From Nemertoderma westbladi (taxonomy: Eukaryota; Animalia; Xenacoelomorpha): 64,000 bases of DNA. Below are positions 25,701 through 39,199 of the stretch, piece by piece. The stretch is taken from positions 124,001 through 188,000 of the forward strand of contig JAUCBJ010009136.1 in NCBI GenBank assembly GCA_032718475.1. Direction: 5' to 3'. Every line of letters begins with the position of its first letter. Within the stretch, counting starts at the first letter, position 1. A model generated the notes under the pieces. The model was not told where the DNA came from and made no database searches. It worked only from the letters and a program-made list of their open reading frames with translations. Both the position numbers and the translations under genes were made by a program.

Positions 25701-28680
25701 GTCCCTTCATCATTAGGTCCCTTGGTCGTTAGGTCCTTTGGTCGTTAGGTCCTTTGGTCGTTGCGTCCTTTGGTCGTTTGGTCCTGCGGCGTTTGGTCCC
25801 TTGGTCGTTAGGTCCTCCGGCGTTAGGTCCTTTGGTCGTTAGGTCCCTTGGTCGTTAGGTCCTTTGGTCGTTGCGTCCTTTGGTCGTTAGGTCCTGCGGC
25901 GTCTGGTCCTTTGGTCGTTAGGTCCCGTCATCATTAGGTCCCTTGGTCGTTAGGTCCTTTGGTCGTTAGGTCCTTTGGTCGTTGCGTCCTTTGGTCGTTT
26001 GGTCCTGCGGCGTTTGGTCCCTTGGTCGTTAGGTCCTCCGGCGTTAGGTCCTTTGGTCGTTAGGTCCCTTGGTCGTTAGGTCCTGCGGCGTTTGGTCCTT
26101 TGGTCGTTAGGTCCCTTCGTCGTTAGGTCCCTTGGTCGTTAGGTGCTTTGGTCGTTAGGTCCTTTGGTCGTTGCGTCCTTTGGTCGTTTGGTCCTGCGGC
26201 GTTTGGTCCCTTGGTCGTTAGGTCCTCCGGCGTTAGGTCCTTTGGTCGTTAGGTCCCTTGGTCGTTAGGTCCTGCGGCGTTAGGTCCTTTGGTCGTTAGG
26301 TCCTTTGGTCGTTGCGTCCTTTGGTCGTTTGGTCCTGCGGCGTTTGGTCCCTTGGTCGTTAGGTCCTCCGGCGTTAGGTCCTTTGGTCGTTAGGTCCCTT
26401 GGTCGTTAGGTCCTGCGGCGTCTGGTCCTTTGGTCGTTAGGTCCCTTCATCATTAGGTCCCTTGGTCGTTAGGTCCTTTGGTCGTTAGGTCCTTTGGTCG
26501 TTGCGTCCTTTGGTCGTTTGGTCCTGCGGCGTTTGGTCACTTGGTCGTTAGGTCCCTTGGTCGTTAGGTCCTTTGGTCATTAGGTCCCTTTGGTCGTTGC
26601 GTCCTTTGGTCGTTTGGTCCTGCGGCGTTTGGTCACTTGGTCGTTAGGTCCCTTGGTCGTTAGGTCCTTTGGTCATTAGGTCCCTTGGTCGTTAGGTCCT
26701 GCGGCGTTTGGTCCTTTGGTCGTTAGGTCCCTTGGTCGTTAGGTCCTTTAGTCGTTAGGTCCCTTGGTCGTTAGGTCCTGCGGCGTTAGGTCCTTTGGTC
26801 GTTAGGTCCTTTTGTCGTTGTGTCCCTTGGTCGTTAGGTCCCTTTGTTGTTAGGTCCCTTGGTCGTTAGGTCCTGCGGCGTTTGGTCATTTGGTTGTTAG
26901 GTCCCTTCGTCGTTAGGTCCCTTGGTCGTTAGGTCCTTTGGTCGTTGCGTCCTTTGGTCGTTTGGTCCTGCGGCGTTTGGTCCCTTGGTCGTTAGGTCCT
27001 TTGGTCGTTACGTCCTGCGGCGTTTGGTCCTGCGTCGTTTTGTCCCTTGGTCGTTAGGTACCTTGGTCGTTAGGTCCTTTGGTCGATGAGTCCTTTGGTC
27101 GTTTGGTCCTGCGGCATTTGGTCCTGCAGCGTTTGGTCCTGCAGCGTTTGGTCCCTTGGTCGTTTGGTCCTGCGGCGTTTTGTCCCTTGGTCGTTAGGTC
27201 CTGCGGCGTTTGGTCCCTTGGTCGTTAGGTCTCTTGGTCGTTAGGTCATTTGGTCATTAGGTCTCTTGGTCGTTAGGTCCTGCGGCGTTTGGTCCTTTGG
27301 TCGTTAGGTCCCTTGGTCGTTAGGTCCTTTAGTCGTTATGTCCCTTGGTCGTTAGGTCCTGCAGCGTTATGTCCTTTGGTCGTTATGTCCTGCGGCGTTA
27401 AGTCCTTTGGTCGTTAGGTCCTTTGGTCGTTGCGTCCTTTGGTCGTTTGGTCCTGCAGCAATTGGTCCTTTGGTCGTTAGGTCCCTTCGTCGTTAGGTCC
27501 CTTTGTCGTTTGGTCCCTTGGTCGTTAGGTCCTTTGGTCGTTGCGTCCTTTGGTCCTTAGGTCCTGCGGCGTTTGGTCCTTTGGTCGTTAGGTCCCTTGG
27601 TCGTTAGGTCCCTTGGTCGTTAGGTCATTTGGTCATTGCGTCCTTTGGTCGTTTGGTCCTGCGGCAATTGGTCCTTTGGTCGTTAGGTCCCTTCGTCGTT
27701 AGGTCCCTTGGTCGTTAGGTCCTTTGGTCGTTAGGTCCCTTGGTCGTTAGGTCCTTTGGTCGTTAGGTCCTTTGGTCGTTGCGTCCTTTGGTCGTTAGGT
27801 CCTGCGGCGTTTGGTCCTTTGGTCATTAGGTCCCTTCGTCGTTAGGTCCTTTAGTCGTTAGGTCCTTTGGTCGTTGCGTCCTTTGGTCGGTAGGTCCTTT
27901 GGTCGTTCGTCCTGCGGCCATTGGTCCTTTGGTCGTTAGGTCCCTTCGTCATTAGGTCCCTTGGTCGTTAGGTCCTTTGGTCGTTGCGTCCTTTGGTCGT
28001 TAGGTCCTGCGGCGTTTGGTCCTTTGGTCGTTAGGTCCCTTCGTCGTTAGGTCCTTTAGTCGTTAGGTCCTTTGGTCGTTGCGTCCTTTGGTCGGTAGGT
28101 CCCTTGGTCGTTAGGTCCTTTGGTCGTTGCGTCCTTTGGTCGTTGCGTCCTTTGGTCGTTGCGTCCTTTGGTCGTTAGGTCCTGCGGCGTCTGGTCCCTT
28201 GGTCATTAGGTCCCTTGGTCGTTAGGTCCCTTGGTCGTTAGGTCCTTTGGTCGTTGCGTCCTTTGGTCGTTAGGTCCTGCGGCGTCTGGTCCCTTGGTCA
28301 TTAGGTCCCTTGGTCGTTAGGTCCCTTGGTCGTTAGGTCCTTTGGTCGTTGCGTCCTTTGGTCGGTAGGTCCTTTGGTCGTTACGTCCTGCGGCGTTTGG
28401 TCCTGCGGCGTTAGGTCCTTTGGTCGTTACGTCCTGCGGCGTTTGGTCCTGCGGCGTTAGGTCCTTTGGTCGTTAGGTCCCTTGGTCGTTAGGTCCTTTG
28501 GTCGTTACGTTCTGCAGCGTTAGGTCCTTTGGTCGTTAGGTCCCTTCGTCGTTAGGTCCTTTGGTCGTTAGGTCCTTTGGTCATTGCTTCCTTTGGTCGT
28601 TAGGTCCTTTGGTCGTTAGGTCCTTTGGTCATTGCGTCCTTTGGTCGTTAGGTCCTGCGGCGTTTGGTCCTGCGGCGCTA
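22712..28680. repeat. 16-bp minisatellite (ggtcgtta-ggtccttt, a dimer of related 8-mers), interrupted by a LINE
   Basis: Continuous array at 22712-24260 and about 25658-28680. Confidence 0.95.
24261..25657 (-). mobile_element. 3' fragment of a CR1/L2-group LINE with 3' UTR and (TTGAAA)n-like tail
   Basis: LFADDT lies near 25621-25638. The C-terminal ORFs 25123..25317 and 24804..25142 resemble the LINE at 904-2694 (HKYSTR, YTGPKIWN). The tail reads atttcaatttcaattttcaa at 24261. Confidence 0.88.
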
Positions 28681-29884
28681 TTAGGTAATGTTCAAAACTC
28701 ACCAATACGTGAAAGCAAAAACAACAAATACACCAATTATAAATAACGATATATAAAGTACTTTTTTACACTCTCAGGTTATACACCAGTAAATAAGTTC
28801 ATCAAATACTTGCAGAATACTTACCAAAATACAATAAACGGATCAGTTCTAGAATATTAATCTATAAATATTTATGCACAAAATTCCTACCAATTACGAT
28901 GGTCAGTCGAACTTAGAGAAAATAAGCACATCAAGAGAACAAATAAGCAAATCAAAAACACTCAGGGGGGGGGGGGGGGGGGGGGTGTAGAAAGTTGATT
29001 ATTACTGTTAGCGCACTTGACAAAAAAAGACATTTTTAATCTCAATTTTAATATATTTTGACTCTTTCCGATTATTTAATAAACCATGCAACTAGGAAAC
29101 CTCTAGTGGCTGGACCTCCGCATTACTAATGTAATCCATAGTGGGGGTTGGGTGGTGCTTTTTTGCCGAGTCAGCTCTCGGGGCAAATACCACACCCTGG
29201 TTTGACATCCCACAGGGTGGGTGTCGCAGTGGAGTCAGATATGAGGCCCATCACCCATATCTACTCTGGCGCACATGACCCACCATTGGCTGTGCAGCTC
29301 ATCTGCTGGGTCATGCCCTGTACCCCTGCTGCCAGGTGCAGGTTATCAATAACGCTTCGCTATAGAGACCTACCTGGTTGTGGCGTGAGTGGTTGTTGCT
29401 GGAGGAAAACTTCCTTGATTTCGTAATATCGGCAATATATTAACTAAATAAGTATTAATATAGAAGTAGTTTGCTTTAAGCTGACATCCGATAGAAATAA
29501 GATAAATAAAACGATATGTTAGCCATTTTTCATTAATTATATGATATAAAAATGGTCGAATTCATTTCGCGTTGGCTCTTCAGCGGTAAACGGTTAAACG
29601 GTAAGCGGTTTTACTTATCTTAACCAAATAATAATGACAAATTGAGTTTACCAGTAGAATATAGAATATAATGATAAATAATTATAATTCAACTATTAAC
29701 ACTTTAGATATCAGAACTTTAGGCTTTATAGACTTTAGACTTGTAATAATCACCAGTCATTAAAATCTGACTAGAGATTTACTCTCTGCATGGGCATGTG
29801 ACTTCACTGTCAAACAATAACAAAGAAGAAGTGAGTAAGCCATAGAATTAATCATGTTTATATACAGGTTAAGGGGAAGGGGCA

Positions 29885-32800
29885 TGTTATGACCTAAGAG
29901 ACACGAGATAAACCTGGTACTTAGGCCTAATAAAGAACCTGCATATATACCTATCTTAGTCTGGTGGTGGTTGTTAATTAATCAATTCATGAGATGGCGC
30001 AGTGCTAGTCTTGTCTTAACCTATCCGGGAATAGAGACAACTCTGTGAATACTGAAATAACTTTTAAAAAATAAACCACTTTTGGATGCGAAATAGGTTT
30101 ACCCTACTAAATTCAACAGCAATTCAACAGTCACAGTCAATACTGCAATTCAGTAATTGTATAATGGCACATACCGGTATCGACTTGAACGCAACGTACG
30201 AACTCACGACTGAGGATGTGGAAATACTGAGTCGCGAGGAACTCAAACAACACTGCATAAACGCAGAGATCCAAATCGATTCGAAAGACTCCACAGCTCG
30301 TTTACGGAAGCGTTTACACCGGTATCTCGCGGAAGAGATCGACGACGGCAGTGGTAAACCCACTTTACGAGGTGGTGGCCAAACCGAACTCGCATTAATT
30401 CTCCAACAAATGGAGGCTCAACGACGCGAAGATGCGGCCCAACATCGGGTAGATGCAGAGGAACGAGAAAGACGGGAAGAACAGCGCGAACAGCAACACC
30501 GTATCGAGGCGGAGGGACTCCGACTGTTATCGGATCAACGCGAACAGCGAATAATCGAACTGTTCTCCCAGCGCGGCGTGAACACGCGCACCGACCGACC
30601 CCTCGATGGCAGCCAGGCGGCGGCCAAATTCCAGACTCACGGACCCGAAAAACTTGATCGCGGAATTAAACTCAAAGAATTTCAGCGGTGGCGGGTAGCA
30701 TGGGATTCCTATTCAGTTTTAACCAAACTGGGGGGGAAACCACAAGAAGACCAACTCGCGGCATTCAGAACTTACTGTACAACCAATTTCCTAAGTGAAC
30801 TACAGTATTGCATCGGCATTGAACCTCACACACAAAATACATTACCAGAAATTTTGGACTTGATCGAGGTTTACTTGCGTAAACAACGCAATATCGTGGT
30901 TGACCGCTACCAATTGCTCCGCCTTAAAAAAGGGGAGTACGAGGATTTCGATACATTTTTGGCACATCTACGCGAAGCGATGGACGATGCAGAGATGCAC
31001 ACGATGACTGCAGATGATTGGTCTACCACATTAATTGTGTGCGGTCTGGGTACCGGTACAGAGGACGAGGAGACCCGGAAGGAGATCTTCGGTAAACGAC
31101 CTCCACTGGACACCAATGAAACCATTGAACTTTGTCGCAGCCGCGAGGTGGCTGCTAAAGAAACGCAGCGGTTACAGCACCGGGCTGTAGGCAAAGTAGA
31201 TGAAGGACGGGGACGCTCCAAATACAAATCCTGTTATAAAAAGGAGAAAAGAAACTCCACCAAGGAGGTAAATACTGAACAAAAAAAATTTCAGTCTGTA
31301 ACTCGAAATGCCTTTCTAGAAGCTATAACAAAAGCCCACTCAGAAGGAAGGTGTACAAACTGTGGTGGGACATACCCACACGCTGAGGGGAGACCGTGTG
31401 GAGCAAAAGAGGCTGTGTGCGGTGGGTGCAGTAAAAAAGGACACTACAAGCGATGCTGTCTGTCCAATTTACTACAAAACAAACCCAGCAAGGTTTCGGG
31501 AGGTGTAAAAATAGCGGTTGTGGAGACAGATAATAAACACCGGCGTAGACCAGTCATACCCATCGACTTCTATGTCCCCGCTGGATGTGATGGCACCAAA
31601 CCAATATATTTAGGTAACTGTGACAGTGTAGCCGATACTGGGGCGAAAGTTACCATCGCATCTGCCAAACTCGAACACGACTGGGATTTGCCCAACCATA
31701 AAGGCCGTAGGGAAGCAGACTTTCCCCTCATTGGTGCAGATGACCAAGAAATTGCATGCAACTATTGCGTTGACTTGGAACTGTCAGTGGGCGGTTGGCG
31801 ACACCTCGAGGCAGTGTACTTCTGCCCAAATATGAGGCAGAACGAGGTTTACCTCTCCTTCAATGCATGTATCGGGTTGAAACTAGTTTCACCTGACTTC
31901 CCTACTCCACTTCGAATAGCCGCTACCCAGACTACCGGCTGTGGGGGGGGATGATGGAGGGAAAGGCCATTCCCAACCCAGTGACAACATACATGAGAGC
32001 ATCCGTCAGCAATTGCTAGCCGAATTCAAAGATGTCTTTGATACCACAGGGCCATTACAGCCCTTGGCTGGCCCTCCTATGACAATACAACTTGCAGAGG
32101 GGGCAAAAGCATATTGCCTAACGACAGCCCGTCCAATCCCACTACCCTATAGGGAAAAAACAAAAAATCTCCTCGATGAGATGGTCACCAAAGGGGTCAT
32201 TGAACCTGTAGGTGACCGCCCAGTATCATGGTGCCACCCCATGGTTGTATGTCCAAAGCCCAACCGACCCGGAGAGATCCGGATAACGGTTGACCTCACC
32301 CAACTCAACAAGCAGGTATTGCGAACCATACACAATTCCAGAACACCCGGAGACATTGTGTCTGCCCGCACACCTGGTACCTCCATGTTCACTGTCTTAG
32401 ATGCTAAGACAGGCTATTGGCAGGTTGAGTTAGACGAGGGGTCACGGGACTACACATCATTTATCACAATGTAGGGGCAGTATCGATACTGTAGAGCCCC
32501 AATGGGCTACATCAGCTCCGGAGAGTCATATAATTTCCGGGGAGATCAGGCACTCGATGGACTAATACAGGTCCACAAATGTGTGGACGATATCCTGGTG
32601 GAGGGAAGTGATATAGTGGAACACACCCAATGGGTACGGGAAGTACTACTTCACTGCCATAAACACGCTATCACCCTACACCCAGCGAAATTTCAATTCG
32701 CTAAACCGCAAGTAAAATTTGCGGGATATATCCTGACTGCAGACGGCACAGAGGCAGACCCAGAAAAGCTCAGGGCCATTTCTGATTACCCAACACCTGC

Positions 32801-34986
32801 TAATATAACCGATATTCGCAGTTTTATGGGGTTGGTAAACCAGCTGGGCCAGTTCAGTGATGATATTGCTGATACTGCTGCACCGCTGCGGGAATTGCTT
32901 CGAACGCGGAATGAATTCCACTGGAATGCGAACCATGATGTAGCCTTCCAGCGTATCAAACAATCCCTGACATCACCTCCGATCTTGGCACCATTTGACA
33001 TACAAAGGGAAACAAGATTAGAAGCGGATGCCTGCCGGATTGATGGGGGACTGGGATATGACCTACTGCAGCGTTACGGAGACCAATGGAAGTTGGTCAC
33101 CTGTGGCAGTCGGTTTCTTTCCGATGCCGAGACTCGGTATGCACCTATCGACCTGGAGACTCTGGCAATACATTATGCCTGCACCAAGTGCCGGCTATAC
33201 CTTGCGGGTCTACCCAAATTTACAGTCATATCAGACCACAATCCCCTTCAATCAATATTTAACTCAAAAAACTTGGAGCAAGTTACAAATCGGAGGATAC
33301 AACGCCTAAAGGCAGACCTCCAGTCGAACTATATATTTGATGTTGAGTGGCGTGCTGGCCGCAAACATTGTATCGCGGATGCACTAAGCCACCACCCTGT
33401 GGACCGTAAACCCAAAGATAATGAGACCGATGAGTTCCATACCATAGGCCATATCTGTACCGCAATCCAGGGTACTAACGATGATGAGCTTGTAATCGAA
33501 CTCCAACACGCAGCCCTAGAAGATATCGAGTACCAAGAGCTCATAAAACTCATACTTGTAGACTTCAAAAGGACCCACAAGAACCTAGATTCAATGCGAC
33601 CTTATCGCTCTATCCAAAACAACCTATCAGTGGATGATGGTCTAGTTCTATATGGTGACAGGATAGTTGTCCCACAAGCAAACCGAAGCGATATCTTAAA
33701 CCGTCTACATGCCGCTCATCAAGGTGTCACTCGCACCAAACAACGTGCGCGGCACACAGTGTACTGGCCTGGGATAACAGGTGATATCGAGCAGATGGTA
33801 CGCAATTGCGACGCCTGCCAGACTCACCTCCCCAGTCTTCCAAAAGAAACACTTAATGGCCGACCCTACCCCTGACCGACCATTCCAATCCGTTTCAGCA
33901 GACCTTTTCACCACAGGGGGTGAACACTTCCTGGTGTATGCTGATCGAATGTCAGGCTACCCATTAATTGCACAATGGCGATCCGATCCAACTGCACTTC
34001 AGTGCATCCATGTCGTCCGACAATTCTTTGCCGACCTTGGTGTACCGACCAGCTTTCATTCCGATGGAGGTCCTCAATTTTCCGCCGCCATCTTCAGGAA
34101 ATTTCTGAAAAGATGGGGAGTACAATGGGAGGCTTCGACTCCGCACTTCCCAAGCAGCAACGGCCATGCCGAGGCCATGGTCAAACTAATAAAAACATTG
34201 CTGCGCAAACTTCGGCGACCAGACGTTCACTCCGAGGAATTTCAAGAGGGGCTGTTAGAAATTCGGAACACCCCAAGAGGAGGCGGGCGATCACCCAGTG
34301 AAATCGTGTTTGGGCGACAAATCCGAACGCGTGTCCCTGCCCATTACAGCCGCTACGCGCAACAATGGCAAACTGAAGCGGAGGAACTCGACAACCGTGC
34401 CGCAAAAACCCAACAACTGGCAAGAGACCACTACGACACAACCGCTCACGTGCTTAAACCATTCAAAATCGGCACCAAGGTGCGAGTCCAGGACCACCGT
34501 AATCGAGTCTGGACCCATGTGGGCGAGATCGTGGGCATCGGGCATCGGCGTGACTACTACGTCAAACTTCCCTCTGGGAGAACGTGGTGGAGGAATCGTA
34601 GATTCCTACGGCCATATAATGAACCCAGTGAACCCGCTGACACAAACAACCCAGAGGAGGTCGAAACTGATACTAATAAACTTCGCCGAAGCACACGTGA
34701 ACGTAAACAAACAGTTCATTTCGCGACGACAGAACTACGAAACTGAAACTAAACTAAAAATTAAAAAGGAAAGGGGGATGTTATCACCTAAGAAACACGA
34801 GATAAACCTGGTACTTAGGCCTAATAAAGAACCTACATATATACCTATCTTAGTCTGGTGGTGGTTGGTTGACACTCTATATATGATGCCTTTAGTACTG
34901 TCTGACTGTTGTATAATAAAATAATTACAGCAATTACTGCTAATGAATTGCTATATATTTAATATTTAATTAATCAATTCATGAGA
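29885..34986 (+). mobile_element. Full-length Gypsy/Ty3 LTR retrotransposon (Mag-like), inactivated
   Basis: LTRs are at 29885-29994 and 34779-34986, with a 5-bp TSD gggca (29880-29884 / 34987-34991). The PBS tggcgcagtg is at 29995 and the PPT aaaaggaaaggggga lies before 34779. Gag/protease is 30086..31954, followed by RT (CVDD), RNase H and integrase. There are frameshifts near 31945 and 33850 and a stop at 32472. Confidence 0.96.
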
Positions 34987-35227
34987 GGGCATACAACCAA
35001 TGAGGCACTAAGACAAGTTGGATATGCAGATAATGGCACTAGATGGCGTCAAACTTTTGGTAATACATAAAATCAAATAAAAAGCATCGGTATTACAGTA
35101 TGACGCAACCAACTTTATCAATAAAAATGGTGTTTTGAACTTAAATTTAGCAAAATAAGTAATCTAAAAAGGCCAAGAACATACTTGCATTAACATTACA
35201 TTTAAAATATTTATTGTTTGTTTGTTA

Positions 35228-38200
35228 CGCTATTATAGGCGGTAGTACAGTGAGCCCGACAGACACCAAGACTGTAGTTATATCTATTCTAAATTATATA
35301 CATCTGCTAATCTACAGGAGCTAATAAACCAACAGGTTGATGCCATCAATGATGCTGACGACAGCAGGAAATCATCCCAGGCATGGAAATCAATCAATCT
35401 GCTTACTGGACGGAAAAGCCAACCAACCACCAAGGTTAAGGCTGAATCACCAGCCGATCGCCTCAATGGTTGGAAAGCCCACTTTGAAAAGCTCCTCAAT
35501 AATGACAGGGTATTGCCTGATAACTTTATAGAAGTAAAAGTGTCTGAGTCTGTACTCCCAGACATTCCCATTGGCGATATCTCCTTTGCAGAAGTGAAGG
35601 CTGCTGCAAAGAGCATTAAGACCAATCGTGCCAGTGGAGTAGATGGTGTCCCCCCTGAGGTCTTTAAAATACCTGAGTGTTTAAAGCTCATCTATCCCAT
35701 CATAGTAGACATGTACCGAACAACAAGAGTCCCACAAGAAATGAAAACAAATAAGTTGGTGCCAGTTCCCAAGAAGGGCAACCTAACACTCTATGGTTCT
35801 TTTCGGGGAATCTCATTGATCTCGATTGCTGCAAAGCTATACAATAGGATTCTATTAAATCGCATCAGGGATCCCATTGAGAGACTGCTCCGTGGAAATC
35901 AAAATGGGTTCGGTAAAGGTCGTGGGACCATGGAGCCCATTTTGGCACTTAGAAGGATAATTGAAGAGTTATCAAAAAAGAAAGACAGGCATCTGGCTGT
36001 TATCTTTGTTGACTTCTTCAAGGCCTTTGATTCAGTCTCTCGCTCACGTATGTTCAGCATACTTTCATTATATGGGATTCCTGATGAAATTATTGCAGCA
36101 ATCAGATCAGTATACGATGGTTCGACAACATTTGTGTCTACTGTTGACGGTGACACAGAACCATTTGAAGTGTTATGGGGCGTCCTCCAAGGAGACACAC
36201 TTGCACCATTCTTGTTCATTATTGTGGTTGACTATGTTCTACGCATGTCCTTAGATCATTATAATGATGATGGGGTGATGATAACTCCACCTACTGGCTC
36301 CAGAAGTCGAGGAAATCCTGCCAAGTACCTAACTGATCTAGACTTTGCTGATGACTTAGGAGTACTCTCAGAATCATTAGAGGGAGCCCAACGGCTCCTC
36401 AGCTCATTAGAACATGCTGCTTCTAGTGTTGGTCTTTTTATTAACTCCAGAAAGACCAAAATTCTGACAGTTAACTTTGAAAGTCCTCAGCAAGTCTCTG
36501 ATCGGATGAGCATAAGCTCAAAGGATGGTATGCTTGAGCATGTGGACGACTTCTGTTACCTGGGATCATGGATCCGGAAGTCAGGTGAGGACCTTCGAAT
36601 ACGTAAGGGAAAGGCATGGGCAGCCTTGAATAGGCTTTCCAAGATTTGGAAGTCACCGAGAATTAATCGGAAACTTAAGGTCCGATTATTTAGAGCAGCA
36701 GTAGTTCCAGTACTCCTCTACGGGATTCCATGCTGGGCTCTAACTGCTGAGGACACCAAATCTCTGGATGGCACATTCACAAGAATGCTACGCCGGGTTC
36801 ATTGTGTCAAGTACAATGCACACATCTCCAACCAGACACTATATAACATTGGAGGTGTCTCATTGGTTCCCCCAAGCTTGACACTAGAACAAAATCGCCT
36901 CCGCTTTGCAGGACATTGCTTTCGCCGTGAGGACCAGCCAGTACATAATCTTGTACTTTGGCAGCCTCATGGAGTGAATAAGCATGGTGGACAGCCCATG
37001 ACTTTCTTGAGACGCATCTTAAAGGACACTGGCCTTAAAGATGCGGATGATCTAGCAAATGTCATGGGTGATAGGGAGTTGTGGCGGTGCAATTTTGTTG
37101 ACAAGCCGGCACAGCATTCTTAAAAATGCAGCTGCAATGCAGCATGCCGATCCTAGTAGTATATCTATTCGCTATTATAGGCGGTATTACAGTGAGCCCG
37201 ACAGACACCAAGACTGTAGTTATATCTATTCGCTATTATAGGCGGTAGTACAGTGAGCCCGACAGACACCAAGACTGTAGTTATATCTATTCGCTATTAT
37301 AGGCGGTAGTACAGTGAGCCCGACAGACACCAAGACTGTAGTTATATCTATTCGCTATTATAGACGTTAGAAAAGTGAGCCCGACAGACACCAAGACTGT
37401 AGTTATATCTATTCGCTATTATAGGCGGTATTACAGTGAGCCCGACAGACACCAAGACTTTTGTTATATCTATTCGCTATTATAGGCGGTATTACAATGA
37501 GCCCGACAGACACCAAGACTGTAGTTATATCTATTCGCTATTATAGGCGGTAGTACAGTGAGCCCGACAGACACCAAGACTGTAGTTATATCTATTCGCT
37601 ATTATAGGCGGTAGTACAGTGAGCCCGACAGACACCAAGACTGTAGTTATATCTATTCGCTATTATAGGCGGTAGTACAGTGACCCCAACAGACACCAAG
37701 ACTGTAGTTATATCTATTCGCTATTATAGGCGGTAGTACAGTGAGCCCGACAGACACCAAGACTGTAGTTATATCTATTCGCTATTATAGGCGGTAGTAC
37801 AGTGAGCCCGACAGACACCAAGACTGTAGTTATATCTATTCGCTATTATAGGCGGTAGTACAGTGACCCCAACAGACACCAAGACTGTAGTTATATCTAT
37901 TCGCTATTATAGGCGGTAGTACAGTGAGCCCGACAGACACCAAGACTGTAGTTATATCTATTCGCTATTATAGGCGGTAGTACAGTGAGCCCGACAGACA
38001 CCAAGACTGTAGTTATATCTATTCGCTATTATAGGCGGTAGTACAGTGACCCCAACAGACACCAAGACTGTAGTTATATCTATTCGCTATTATAGGCGGT
38101 AGTACAGTGAGCCCAACAGACACCAAGACTGTAGCTATATCTATTCGCTATTATAGGCGGTAGTACAGTGAGCCCGACAGACACCAAGACTGTAGTTATA

Positions 38201-38805
38201 TCTATTCGCTATTATAGGCGGTAGTACAGTGAGCCCGACAGACACCAAGACTGTAGTTATATCTATTCGCTATTATAGGCGGTAGTACAGTGAGCCCGAC
38301 AGACACCAAGACTGTAGCTATATCTATTCGCTATTATAGGCGGTAGTACAGTGAGCCCGACAGACACCAAGACTGTAGTTATATCTATTCGCTATTATAG
38401 GCGGTAGTACAGTGAGCCCGACAGAAACCAAGACTGTAGCTATATCTATTCGCTATTATAGGCGGTAGTACAGTGAGCCCGACAGACACCAAGACTGTAG
38501 TTATATCTATTCGCTATTATAGGCGGTAGTACAGTGAGCCCGACAGACACCAAGACTGTAGTTATATCTATTCGCTATTATAGGCGGTATTACAGTGAGC
38601 CCGACAGACACCAAGACTGTAGTTTTATCTATTCGCTATTATAGGCGGTAGTACAGTGAGCCCGACAGACACCAAGACTGTAGTTATATCTATTCGCTAT
38701 TATAGGCGGTAGTACAGTGAGCCCGACAGACACCAAGACTGTAGTTATATCTATTCGCTATTATAGGCGGTAGTACAGTGAGCCCGACAGACACCAAGAC
38801 TGTAG
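35228..38805 (+). repeat. 61-bp tandem repeat of the acceptor plus first 39 nt of exon C (1 + 27 copies, split by a LINE)
   Basis: Unit ttatatctattcgctattatAG|gcggtagtacagtgagcccgacagacaccaagactgtag. The AGs end at 35238, then run from 37180 to 38766 at 61-bp spacing. Confidence 0.95.
35290..37159 (+). mobile_element. 5'-truncated RTE-like LINE with TSD
   Basis: ORF 35513..37123 has FRGISL, FVDFFKAFD, GVLQGDTLAP, DFADD and FCYLGS. It ends in a short (tag)n tail. The TSD tatatctattc is at 35279-35289 and 37160-37170. Confidence 0.93.
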
Positions 38806-38911
38806 CTATCACATCGGAACTCTTGGGTCTGGATAAATCAGAGCTGCCGGATTGTCTGACATCTCGAATAATGCAGACCAATAAAGGGGGCGTCAAAGGA
38901 ACTGTCATCAA
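38767..38911 (+). CDS. MYO6: Myosin VI exon C (GGSTVSPTDTKTVAITSELLGLDKSELPDCLTSRIMQTNKGGVKGTVIK)
   Basis: 145 nt, phase 1/2, joining exons B and D in frame; donor gttagt. It matches MYO6 [33 protein letters not shown]. Confidence 0.9.
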
Positions 38912-39199
38912 GTTAGTCTATCTCAATAAGTTGAGCAACAAAGAATAAAGAGTTGTTCATAGCGAACAAAAAATTCGGTGTATCGATACAATGTATACAG
39001 TCTTGTACAATGTCTTGTACTAGCACCACGAACTCTATTTATTTTGTTAGCTTATTTTATGTATTGCCTGAAGATTACTTTTAGTTTGAAATGCATTGCA
39101 ATTTTAACATAATATTTTAACATTGATTTTATTTATATTATTTTTGAGAACATTATATATTGAATTAAAATTTTAACTGAATCTTAGAAACTTTTTATT

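Noticed and set aside
22701-28691. Terminal inverted repeats (acattac/gtaatgt) enclosing the 16-bp array
   Set aside because: The match is only 7 bp with no TSD, which is compatible with chance.
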